Shown here piece by piece: positions 48,745-57,668 of a DNA stretch of 64,000 nt. The stretch's first letter is position 1, and each line of letters opens with the position of its first letter. Origin of the DNA: Candidatus Hadarchaeum sp. (GTDB taxonomy: Archaea; Hadarchaeota; Hadarchaeia; Hadarchaeales; Hadarchaeaceae). Made by a program: the position numbers and the translations under genes. The stretch spans positions 32,001-96,000 of the forward strand of contig NZ_JAVZIN010000005.1 of the NCBI RefSeq assembly GCF_038871235.1. The letters are read 5' to 3'. Under the pieces are notes generated by a model, which was given only the letters and a program-made list of their open reading frames with translations, was not told the origin of the DNA and searched no databases.

Positions 48745-49797
48745 GTGCCAATTCCAAAATATGTTGGCTCCATGAAGGGAAAAGATTTTATCAACACGCA
48801 GGATTTCACACAGGCGGAGATCAAAAAGATTCTTGATGCTGCGGATGACCTGAAGAAAAAATTCAGAAAAAGAACCCCGACAAATTATCTTCCCGGCAGA
48901 ACTCTCTTCATGATCTTCTACAACCGATCGCTCCGCACGCGCAACTCATTCGAGGCGGGAATCTATCAGCTCGGGGGGCACGCACATTTCCTCAGCCCCC
49001 AAGACCTCTACACGCCGACCCTGCCCGAGGACATGGTTCCTTACGCCACTGAGGCCATATCTGACGTGGCCCGGGTTCTGAGCCGATACGGCGACGCTAT
49101 CGCCATTAGGATTTACGGGGACGCTGCTAAGTGGACCATCGGGCGCGGTCATCGGGTAATTCAGGAGTTCGCCAAGTGGGCAGATATCCCGGTCCTAAAC
49201 ATGGAGGACGACATGCACCATCCATTCCAGGCTCTGGCCGACATGCAGGCGGCGCGGGCAGTCGAACCGAAACTGGAGGGCAAAAAGTTCGTCGTTTCCT
49301 ACGCCTACTCTGGAGGCCTGAAACCGCTCGCCGTCCCCCAGAACGAGGTTCTCATAACCACACAGATGGGGATGGATGTGGTACTGGCCCATCCAAAGGG
49401 ATTTGAGCTCGAGGACAGCATCATCAAGGCCTGCAAAGAAAACGTGGAAAAGTATGGCGGTAGCTTCGAAATCTGTTATGACATGGAGGAAGCCTTTGAG
49501 GGGGCTGACTTTGTCTATCCCAAGGCCTGGTCACCAAAACAGTTTGTACCGCCCTACAACAATACCGTTGACAAGGAGGGAGCCTCGGCCTATCAGGCAA
49601 AATTCAAGAACTGGATAACCACCATGGAACTGCTGGACAAGACAAACAAAGCCTACTACATGCACTGCGGCCCAGCCGATCGGGGGCAGGAAGTCACCGA
49701 CGAAGTCCTTGACACTTACAAACGCTCTCTCTACTTCGAGGAAGCTGAAAACAGGTTGCACGTACAAAAAGCCGTAATGTCAATGGTAATGCCGTAA
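48745..49797 (+). CDS. Ornithine-carbamoyltransferase-family enzyme of the AOTCase/SOTCase/YgeW-like branch
   Basis: SLRTR, extended loop YTPTLPEDMVPYATE, HPFQALAD, SYAYSGGLKPLAVP, HCGPADRG, EAENR. Confidence 0.85.
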   Translation: MPIPKYVGSMKGKDFINTQDFTQAEIKKILDAADDLKKKFRKRTPTNYLPGRTLFMIFYNRSLRTRNSFEAGIYQLGGHAHFLSPQDLYTPTLPEDMVPYATEAISDVARVLSRYGDAIAIRIYGDAAKWTIGRGHRVIQEFAKWADIPVLNMEDDMHHPFQALADMQAARAVEPKLEGKKFVVSYAYSGGLKPLAVPQNEVLITTQMGMDVVLAHPKGFELEDSIIKACKENVEKYGGSFEICYDMEEAFEGADFVYPKAWSPKQFVPPYNNTVDKEGASAYQAKFKNWITTMELLDKTNKAYYMHCGPADRGQEVTDEVLDTYKRSLYFEEAENRLHVQKAVMSMVMP

Positions 49798-49810
49798 ATT
49801 AAAATTCTAC

Positions 49811-50029
49811 CTATAACTCTCCGCCACCGATCAATGGGAAAAAGGAGATGCCCTCCTTGGCCTTGGAGAGCTTCTCCTTAACCTTTTCAATATCCGAGGC
49901 ATCGACATAAACTCCATCGATGATGACGGACTGACCCTCAAAGAATCTCCGCTTTATAAGCTCTAGAGCTTCCTCTATCGTCAGCTCCTGAATTAGGTGT
50001 CCTCCTTCGAAAACCTTAACTTTGACCAT
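49811..50029 (-). CDS. Ubiquitin-like (MoaD/ThiS/SAMP-type) small protein with C-terminal GGG-EL
   Basis: MVKVKVF start, TIEEAL, VIIDG, ISFFPLIGGG beta-grasp pattern; last gene of the Mo-hydroxylase operon. Confidence 0.6.
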   Translation of the reverse strand: MVKVKVFEGGHLIQELTIEEALELIKRRFFEGQSVIIDGVYVDASDIEKVKEKLSKAKEGISFFPLIGGGEL

Positions 50030-50034
50030 GTTTC

Positions 50035-50520
50035 CTACGCTTGCGACATCTCAAGAGAAGCTGCCTTTATCGCCTTAATGATGTTGATGTAGCCGGTGCA
50101 TCTGCAGAGGTGTCCCTTCAGTGCCTCCTTTATCTCCTCATCGGTGGGGTGGGGATTCTCATCAAGCAAGGCCTTTGTCATTATTATTATTCCAGGAATA
50201 CAGAACCCACATTGGATGGCACCGTGCTTTACAAAAGCCTCTTGGATCGGATGCAGCTTTCCATTTGTCACCAGACCCTCAATGGTGGTAATCTCAGCAC
50301 CGTCGACGGTCACCGCCAAGGTCAAGCAGGAAAGCCTCGGCTCGTTGTTAACTAAAACCGTGCAGGCACCACAATCTCCCGTCCCGCACCCGTACTTGGT
50401 CCCACACAGCCCCAGCTTATTCCTCAGCACATTAAGGAGAAGTTCATTCGGCTTCACGTTCAGTTCACAATCTCTTCCGTTGACCTTAATCTTAATTTTC
50501 CTCTCTTCCACACCAATCAC
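50035..50520 (-). CDS. Mo-hydroxylase [2Fe-2S] small subunit (CoxS/CutS family)
   Basis: GTKYGCGTGDCGACTV, ITTIEGL, QCGFCIPG, CRCTGY. Start GTG at 50520 or 50511. Confidence 0.93.
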   Translation of the reverse strand: MIGVEERKIKIKVNGRDCELNVKPNELLLNVLRNKLGLCGTKYGCGTGDCGACTVLVNNEPRLSCLTLAVTVDGAEITTIEGLVTNGKLHPIQEAFVKHGAIQCGFCIPGIIIMTKALLDENPHPTDEEIKEALKGHLCRCTGYINIIKAIKAASLEMSQA

Positions 50521-51353
50521 CTCGCCCTTTGCCAAGCTTCTTGTACCACTTTCTGAAACAGATACTTCGCAATTTCTCTGAGATACCACTCTTCAGGATC
50601 TATTCCGGCCACCGCTGCTTCGCAGGCCGCATTCACGGCGTTGTCGTCAAAACTCCTCCCTTCAAGCAAGCTTTCCGCCTCTTTCACTCGTCTGGGCTTT
50701 TCAATATCACCGCCCATTGCTATCCTGCAGTACCTGCACTTTTCCCCTTGGCGACCAATGACCACAGCGAACTTTATCTTCCTCTTTATCTCACCGTATG
50801 CGGCGCCGCATCTCCCATCTAGCGCTGGCAGATGGATCTCGGTGAGCAGCTCATCAGGAGCCAGTGAAGTCTTGCGATCGCCGACAAACAGCTCTTCAAG
50901 GGGTACTATTCTGGAACCTCTCTTGCTAACGACTTTTACTCGTGCCTCAAGCGCCAACAGCGGTGGTGCGGCACTCGCAGTCGAAGCCGCATTGCAGATG
51001 TTTCCGCCTATTGTGCCCATTCTTCTGATCTCAAGCTGTATGCTCTCAAAGGCCTCGCGCAGTATTTGATAATCCTTGAGCTCAGGCGCTCTCATCATGT
51101 CAAAAAACGAAACGTTGGCTCCAACGACCAAATCAGATCCAACCTTCGCTATCGAACGCAACTCCGGTATCTTGCCAATATAGATCAAATGCTTTGGACT
51201 GATCTTTTCGAGTTTCATGTCAACGATCAGGTTGGTTCCTCCGGCCAGTATCTTGGCGTCCTTTCCATATCTGGCAAGAAGATCCACAGCTTCAGCAACT
51301 GTCTTAGGCTCATGGTATTCGAACTCATTAAACAATATCCTCGTGTTCACCAT
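50517..51353 (-). CDS. Mo-hydroxylase FAD-binding subunit (CoxM family)
   Basis: FEYHEP, LAGGTNL, IRRMGTIGGNICNA, L.PDELL. Confidence 0.92.
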   Translation of the reverse strand: MVNTRILFNEFEYHEPKTVAEAVDLLARYGKDAKILAGGTNLIVDMKLEKISPKHLIYIGKIPELRSIAKVGSDLVVGANVSFFDMMRAPELKDYQILREAFESIQLEIRRMGTIGGNICNAASTASAAPPLLALEARVKVVSKRGSRIVPLEELFVGDRKTSLAPDELLTEIHLPALDGRCGAAYGEIKRKIKFAVVIGRQGEKCRYCRIAMGGDIEKPRRVKEAESLLEGRSFDDNAVNAACEAAVAGIDPEEWYLREIAKYLFQKVVQEAWQRAR

Positions 51354-51354
51354 C

Positions 51355-53700
51355 TTAATTCCCCTCCTTTTCCTTCAAGGCCTTTAAAACCTTTTCCGGC
51401 GTTATCGGCATCTCCCTGATCCAGACCCCGATTGCGTTGTAGATCGCGTTGGCAATCACGGCAGGAACTGGATTTATCGCGGCCTCTCCGATCCCCTTGG
51501 CTCCAAACGGTCCCGTATCCTCATAGGTGTTGGCGAAAAATACTTGAATATCATCAGGATTGGGCATGTCCTCGGCCTTCAAAATGTTGTAGCCTGCGAA
51601 GAATCCTTTATTAGTCAGTTCTCCGGTCTTCCTGTTGTACTTGGTATCCTCACAGAGAACGTAGCTGAGGCCACGGTAAAAGCTCCCATGTATCTGCGCC
51701 ACCGCATAGATAGGATCGATGACCGTCCCGCAGTCGGCTCCTATGACGGCCCTCACCGGTTTCACCTCTCCCGTTCTCTTGTTGACCTCGACCTCGACAA
51801 AGTAGACGGTGTAGGCCGGAGGACACTGCCCCTGTCTGAGGCTGTCAACCGCGGCGATTGTCCCCCAGTTCTTATTTCTGGCGGTTGCGGCCACCTCTTT
51901 GACGGTTATCTCCTTCCCAGAAATTCCTTCGGCGTAGATTATTCCCTGCTTGAGCTTTTCATCGGGCCTGATCTTTAGCGCATGGGGATAAACTCCCAAA
52001 ATCCTCGACGCGTATTCCAGCAGTTTCTGCCTCACCTGTTCGGCGACCTTCTTTAAAGTTCCACCGCCGGCGTACACTCCTCTAGTGGCGTGCAGACAGA
52101 CATCATAAACAGAGTTACAAGTGTCTGTGGGTGCCAGTTCCACGCAATCAAGTGGCACCCCAAGCGTCTCAGCCACTATTTTCAGGCCGGCTTCAAGCGC
52201 GCCGCCACCCATGTCCTGAAGCGAGGCAATAACATCTACCGTTCCGTCTTCATTTACCTTGATCATTGCGCCGGAAAAGTCGACCGCCTCGCCGGGCAGC
52301 GGTCCTCCGGCACTTGAGGTGTGGAAACCGCGCGCCATGCCAATGCCCCTGACGATGTCCCCCTTCTTGTCCTGAGGTCTGCCACGGCTTTTCCACCCGA
52401 TCATCTCGGCTCCTTTTTTGATCAGCTCTTCAACTCCGCAGCTCCTTATTACCGATCTCACCGTTGGTCCCTGTCCCCAGAAGACATCGCCAAGTCCAAC
52501 GTAGTTCTTAAGCTCAACCTCAATGGGGTCGAGGCCCAGTTTCTCCGCAACTTCGTTCATCATGGTCTGGGCGATGAAGTTCACCTGCGGATTTCCAAAG
52601 CCTTGCATCGCACAGGCCGGGGCTTTGTTGGTGTAAACGGCTTTACCAGTAAACTTCAGGTTTGGCATCTTATAGAGAGAAACCAGCCATCCGGCGGTGC
52701 AACCCAAAAGCGGGTAGGCCTGGATGTTATGGGCCCCGATATCAACGATGACCTCCATCTCTCCGGCAACGAGCTTACCGTCCTTCTTGGCACCTAACTT
52801 ATACTTCAGAATCATAGGATATCGGCAGTGGTCGTACATGTCCTCCTCGCGGGTAGTGCACATTTTAACCGGCTTCCTTGCCTTCAGAGCTAGAGCAACC
52901 GTAATAGGGAGTACCGAATTCATCTGAATGCTGGAGCCGAAAGACCCACCCAACGATATCTTCTTAACGTTGACCTTGTTCAAGGGTATGCCAAAGATCT
53001 CGCCGATGAGTATCCGGCAGTTGTGGATGCTCTGCGTTGTTGTCCAGATGGTCACTCCACCGTTTGGCTCCGGAACAACGACAGCTGACTTGGTTTCTAG
53101 CTGGGCGTGATAAACCCTGCTGGTCCTTGCCGTGCCCTCAATGACAATGTCCGCCTCCTGGAAACCCTTTTCAACGTCACCCTCAGATATTTCCACCTTG
53201 GCAGCGATGTTGTTCTTTATCTCCACGACCTTGTCCTGAATAATTATCGAGTCATGGAGACTTGGTTTTCCCGGTTTCATAGCCGCTATCGGATCGAAAA
53301 CCGGTTCCAGTGGTTCATACTCTACCTCAATCAATCGAAGCGCCTTTTCGGCTTTTTCCTCCGTCTCTGCAGCGACGGCCGCGATTGCCTCGCCCACGTG
53401 CAGGGGTTTATTGGTAAGAACAGTTCTGTCCTTAAACGTCGCTGAGGGAACGCTGACGATACGTTCGTTGTACTTAATCTTAGGAACGTCATCAAAAGTG
53501 ATGCAGATTGCCCCCATAGCTTCAGCCTTGCTGGTGTCGATGCGTTTGATTCTAGCATGTGGATAGCGACTTCTCAAAATTCTGCCATAAAGCATTCCCG
53601 GCACAACCACATCACAGGTAAATTTCTCCTGCCCCGTGGCCTTTGGAATCGCGTCCTTCCTGATAGACGGTTTACCTACTGTATAATATTGGGCTGCCAA
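51355..53700 (-). CDS. Xanthine dehydrogenase-family molybdopterin-binding subunit
   Basis: KATG, RSRYPHARI, HAQLE, GGSFG, QGFG, GPFGAKGIGE, ANAIYNA, MPITPE. Confidence 0.93.
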   Translation of the reverse strand: MAAQYYTVGKPSIRKDAIPKATGQEKFTCDVVVPGMLYGRILRSRYPHARIKRIDTSKAEAMGAICITFDDVPKIKYNERIVSVPSATFKDRTVLTNKPLHVGEAIAAVAAETEEKAEKALRLIEVEYEPLEPVFDPIAAMKPGKPSLHDSIIIQDKVVEIKNNIAAKVEISEGDVEKGFQEADIVIEGTARTSRVYHAQLETKSAVVVPEPNGGVTIWTTTQSIHNCRILIGEIFGIPLNKVNVKKISLGGSFGSSIQMNSVLPITVALALKARKPVKMCTTREEDMYDHCRYPMILKYKLGAKKDGKLVAGEMEVIVDIGAHNIQAYPLLGCTAGWLVSLYKMPNLKFTGKAVYTNKAPACAMQGFGNPQVNFIAQTMMNEVAEKLGLDPIEVELKNYVGLGDVFWGQGPTVRSVIRSCGVEELIKKGAEMIGWKSRGRPQDKKGDIVRGIGMARGFHTSSAGGPLPGEAVDFSGAMIKVNEDGTVDVIASLQDMGGGALEAGLKIVAETLGVPLDCVELAPTDTCNSVYDVCLHATRGVYAGGGTLKKVAEQVRQKLLEYASRILGVYPHALKIRPDEKLKQGIIYAEGISGKEITVKEVAATARNKNWGTIAAVDSLRQGQCPPAYTVYFVEVEVNKRTGEVKPVRAVIGADCGTVIDPIYAVAQIHGSFYRGLSYVLCEDTKYNRKTGELTNKGFFAGYNILKAEDMPNPDDIQVFFANTYEDTGPFGAKGIGEAAINPVPAVIANAIYNAIGVWIREMPITPEKVLKALKEKEGN

Positions 53701-53853
53701 ATTTTCACCCTTTACGTTTTTTCCATTACTTCCCGTTTCAAACGCATAGTTTTCTCTTAAAAACTTTTTTGGTAACTCCTCTAAGGCAACAATTTTAAAT
53801 TAAATCCATGGGCAACCGATCACGGCGGCGGGTGCGCTATTCAAATTGAGTAA

Positions 53854-54726
53854 CTAGATGGCCCTGATCTCCTGCCTCATGAATTTCACATAGGAGATGG
53901 CGAAGATGATGAATGTAACCGCCACCAAGGCAGTTATATGCGACCAGACCAGCAGCAGGCTTTGGTCCAACGGGAGCGGGTTGGCGACCATCCCATATAA
54001 CTTCTCTATCGAAACCGGGCCCAGAATTCTAACCGTTGGACTGAGCATCACATAAGCGGCCTCAAGGAAGATGTAGTTCGGTGAGAAGTACAGCAGCGTC
54101 AGGTTTTTCAGGGGTGATGCAATCATGTACATGAAAAAGCTAAAGAAAAGCCAGACAGCAACCGAAGCCAGAGCCGAAGTCCCCTCCCGCCTGAAAATCA
54201 CCGAAAACAGAAGACCTAAGGCGACCCAGATGGAGAGGTAAACGACGCTAATAAGGAGAAAGACCAATATCCTGCCTATCTCCTCAAGGGTCGGCAGAGT
54301 GCTCCAGGCTCGGATGGCAAATCCAACTTCGATAAAGATCACACCGACCAAGGTGATGGCGATAGTGGCCACGCCAGCGAGAAACTTGGCGTTGATCAAG
54401 GAGTCCCTGTGCACGGGCTGGGAAAGAACGTTGCCCAAGGTGCCGCTGGAGATCTCCCGGTTGATCGTGTCAAAGGTGAAGATGAAACCCAGCAGCGGGG
54501 CAATGTAAATGACCACCCACAGAAATGAGGGCAACCCCTGCGCCCCAATGACAAAGAGCTGAAGAAACACGTTTTCGCCCAGGGTCCTCTGCAGCCCTAA
54601 GTTTTGTACCGCACCATAGGTCATGAAAATTCCCAGCGCATAGATGATGAAAAACAGCAGCCAGAATCTCTTACTGCCCAGATTATCGGCCAGCTCTTTG
54701 ATGAAGATCTCGCGCGTCCCTACCAT
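53854..54726 (-). CDS. ABC-2 type transporter permease
   Basis: KEL...L.SKRF, DTINREISSGTL..VLSQPV.R, KF, multiple TM helices. Confidence 0.88.
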   Translation of the reverse strand: MVGTREIFIKELADNLGSKRFWLLFFIIYALGIFMTYGAVQNLGLQRTLGENVFLQLFVIGAQGLPSFLWVVIYIAPLLGFIFTFDTINREISSGTLGNVLSQPVHRDSLINAKFLAGVATIAITLVGVIFIEVGFAIRAWSTLPTLEEIGRILVFLLISVVYLSIWVALGLLFSVIFRREGTSALASVAVWLFFSFFMYMIASPLKNLTLLYFSPNYIFLEAAYVMLSPTVRILGPVSIEKLYGMVANPLPLDQSLLLVWSHITALVAVTFIIFAISYVKFMRQEIRAI

Positions 54727-55658
54727 TAGCTCTCCCCCAGGTAACCCAGGTAAATCTCCTCCAAGGACCTCTCCCGCGCCCGCAGGCTGATGGGAACCGC
54801 CTTGTTGTGTAGAAAGACCTCCATTATGGCTTGCCTGATATCCTTCTCCGATCTAACCGTGATAACCTTGCCTGACCTATCGACGCCCCTTACACCGTGC
54901 AGGGAGGATAGGTCATGGATAAGCTTTGAAGTGATATTCTCCGCTTCAATGTCGATCACCCAGTCCTCTTTAGTCTTGGTCCTCAATTCCTCGATGGTAC
55001 CGATGGCAACCATCTTGCCTCTGAGCATGATGCCGATGCGGTCGCAGATGTGCTGCACATCCGCGAGCATGTGGGAGAGCAGGAGCACCGTTGTCCCCTC
55101 CTCCTTGCTGATGCGCTTCATCAGATCCAGCAGCTCGTTCTTGCCCTCAGGGTCAAGTCCCTGAGTCGGCTCATCGAAAATGGCCACCTTCGGCTTTTTC
55201 ACCAGCACGCCAGCAATTCCAACCCTCTGCCTCATCCCACGCGAAAGTTTTCCCACTTTAACGTCGGCGTAATCGGTTGCCCCAACACTGGCTAAAGCTT
55301 CCTTGATGCGCTTGCGCGCTTCCTCCTCAGGGATCTGGTTCAGCTTGGTGATGTACCTCAGATTCTGCTCCGGCGTCAGGTCCTCATAAAGACCCATTCT
55401 CTCGGCCAGATAGCCGGTGATGCTCTTGACCTTCAGCGGCTCCCTGAACGGATCGTGACCAAAAACACTGCAGGTTCCGGCTGACGGCTCGGTGAGGCCC
55501 AGCAGCATTAAAACGGTTGTGGTCTTGCCGGCTCCATTCGGGCCCAACATCCCAAAGAGCTCGCCCGGCCTTATCGAGAGGTTCAAATGGTCGACTGCGA
55601 TAAAGTCGTTGTACTTCTTGGTCAGGTCGTGGGTCTCTATGGCCAAACTCTGGTCCAT
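54726..55658 (-). CDS. ABC transporter ATP-binding protein
   Basis: GPNGAGKTT, LSRGMRQR, DEPT, SH. Start trimmed to ATG 55658. Confidence 0.95.
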   Translation of the reverse strand: MDQSLAIETHDLTKKYNDFIAVDHLNLSIRPGELFGMLGPNGAGKTTTVLMLLGLTEPSAGTCSVFGHDPFREPLKVKSITGYLAERMGLYEDLTPEQNLRYITKLNQIPEEEARKRIKEALASVGATDYADVKVGKLSRGMRQRVGIAGVLVKKPKVAIFDEPTQGLDPEGKNELLDLMKRISKEEGTTVLLLSHMLADVQHICDRIGIMLRGKMVAIGTIEELRTKTKEDWVIDIEAENITSKLIHDLSSLHGVRGVDRSGKVITVRSEKDIRQAIMEVFLHNKAVPISLRARERSLEEIYLGYLGES

Positions 55659-55662
55659 ATGA

Positions 55663-56874
55663 CTACCTTCTGCCCAAGCGCCAGAATATGAAGACCAACC
55701 CCAACACGACAACTATGATTATGACCAACCCAACTAGGCCCCACACCATCGAACCCAAAACAGTGACTCTGAGCTCAAGCGTTTTAGAAACAGAGTTGGT
55801 GCCGCTGGTTGACGCGGTAATTCTGAGGCCGTAGTCCCCCGGTATCGCGTCGGCGGGCGGTTTTATGCTCACCGCCACCTGGACAGTGGTACCGGGCAGT
55901 ACGGCATCAATCTTGTCAGGGTCGAACTTAATCTCCCACCCGCTGGGACCGCTGGACCTAAAGCTCATCTTTTCCAAAGTCCCGGAGCCTGTGTTGCTAA
56001 CAACAAGGGTGACTATGGTAGCCTCTCCTTGCGGAGCATTCAAATTCAGGAGGCCATCAGATGTGGATAGATCCATGGTGTAGGTTCCAGTGATTATCGC
56101 CTTTAGATCCAAGGACTGGCTGTAGGCGCCAGATGTTGCCAGAACTGTAATCGAATACTCCCCAGCATCGGCTGTTGAAGCCGGGGTAACTGTTATTCTC
56201 AATGTCTTTCTTTCCCCAGCTTTCATGTGAATCGCGCGTATCAGCGTCGATTCATAACCTGGAGAAAAGGTAACGGTCCAGTTGGTCGGAGCAAGATAGG
56301 AGAGGTCGATGTCACGCTCCTCCCCTGTTTCATTCACCAGATCAACCGAGAACTGGAAGCTCTTTCCCGCCGGCCCCTCGATGGACGGGCTGGTGGTGCT
56401 CAGGGTCAACCCCAGTGGCGAAACCTCGGCTACATCGATGATGATGTTCAAGGAATCTACCACATTACCCGAACCATCCAACGCCTTGACCACCACGGTG
56501 TAGGTGCCGAGGTTCACGCCAGTTGGCTGGGTTATCGTGAGGGAGATGGGCTGATTGTCAAAAGGTCCTAATGTAACCATTTTGACCAAGTAACCACCGC
56601 TCTTCAAGGTCGCCTGCCAGCCCTCCGGAGCCGAGACCTCCAAGCTGAGCGTCTGGTATTCCGAGCTGAGGTTACTTAGGTTCACTGAGAGCTGGATATT
56701 CTGCCCAGGGTTAACCTCAATTCGCGGAAAAGAAGTAGTGATCCTCACTTCCTCGGGGGAGGCAGCAGCCAAATATACGTTTAAAAATAAGACCATCGCC
56801 AGCAACGAAACCGCCGCCAACGAAATCCGCTTCCATGACCGCAAACAAATCACCTTTTTATTTAATAGTTTCAA
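55663..56874 (-). CDS. NEW3/COG1470 Ig-like repeat membrane-anchored protein
   Basis: Three repeats of N...P.GW...G.Y; N-terminal signal; C-terminal TM ending WRLGRR. Confidence 0.8.
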   Translation of the reverse strand: MKLLNKKVICLRSWKRISLAAVSLLAMVLFLNVYLAAASPEEVRITTSFPRIEVNPGQNIQLSVNLSNLSSEYQTLSLEVSAPEGWQATLKSGGYLVKMVTLGPFDNQPISLTITQPTGVNLGTYTVVVKALDGSGNVVDSLNIIIDVAEVSPLGLTLSTTSPSIEGPAGKSFQFSVDLVNETGEERDIDLSYLAPTNWTVTFSPGYESTLIRAIHMKAGERKTLRITVTPASTADAGEYSITVLATSGAYSQSLDLKAIITGTYTMDLSTSDGLLNLNAPQGEATIVTLVVSNTGSGTLEKMSFRSSGPSGWEIKFDPDKIDAVLPGTTVQVAVSIKPPADAIPGDYGLRITASTSGTNSVSKTLELRVTVLGSMVWGLVGLVIIIVVVLGLVFIFWRLGRR

Positions 56875-57038
56875 GCCTCATATTTAAGTTTTTATCTTGC
56901 CCTTCCAGAATGTAGAGTTCAAGTAACTGTTTTAACCGCCTAAAGGTCTGAAATTAAAATTCCACAACCTTCGCTTACTCAGCTGTGTTTTGACCCCATC
57001 AAACTCACCGTCTTTCCATTTATGGTTGAGCCTTGAGG

Positions 57039-57054
57039 TGACATAGCTATGTCA
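57039..57054. promoter_or_regulatory. Perfect 16-bp palindrome
   Basis: TGACATAGCTATGTCA equals its own reverse complement; intergenic. Confidence 0.5.
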
Positions 57055-57153
57055 TGCCAGAACTTAGATTTACCAGACTGTGAACTGATTTCGGTAAAAT
57101 TGCCGCTTTGGTAGTCGGACTAAAATCTTGCTGAGTTTGAGTCGGGAAATGGA

Positions 57154-57573
57154 CTATTTTTTCGTGAATTTTTCCCAGCCATTCTTCGCAATTGAAATTC
57201 CGGCAACTATCATGGCTATGCCCACGACGGTTAAAACGATGCCGTAGATGGCCTTGCTCCAGTTCGTGGAGAGCTGCGTCCCGCTAGCGACCAGCAGGCA
57301 AATCCCGACCAAGAGCAAACCGAGGTTGACCCAAGTTTTCTGGCAAACCCTGCTGGCACCGGCAAAAACGAGAAGCCCACCCGCCGCGATTAATCCGACT
57401 CCGACTATCAGGGCCATCTCGGTCTGCACCGTATTCATCCCTTGGTTGATCAGTATGGCACCGATGGCAACCAAAGACAGGCCGATCACTATGGTCACAA
57501 AGTTCTTCGAAGGCGCAGCTGCTGGAGGGGGTGGTGGAGGTAACTCGGCTTGTGACATGAACTCAAACCCCAA
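57154..57573 (-). CDS. Four-TM hypothetical membrane protein with poly-Pro N-terminus
   Basis: PPPPPP followed by four hydrophobic segments. Confidence 0.7.
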   Translation of the reverse strand: MGFEFMSQAELPPPPPPAAAPSKNFVTIVIGLSLVAIGAILINQGMNTVQTEMALIVGVGLIAAGGLLVFAGASRVCQKTWVNLGLLLVGICLLVASGTQLSTNWSKAIYGIVLTVVGIAMIVAGISIAKNGWEKFTKK

Positions 57574-57668
57574 CTAAAATCACCGCTACCTTCTAAATAC
57601 CTTTAGCCAGCTGGGACCCCAAAATCAGAAAGAACGGCGAAGTTTTATAACGAAAAAATAACAGGCTA

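Noticed and set aside
51355-53700. Aerobic CO dehydrogenase (CoxL form I)
   Set aside because: The AYxCSFR active-site loop is absent.
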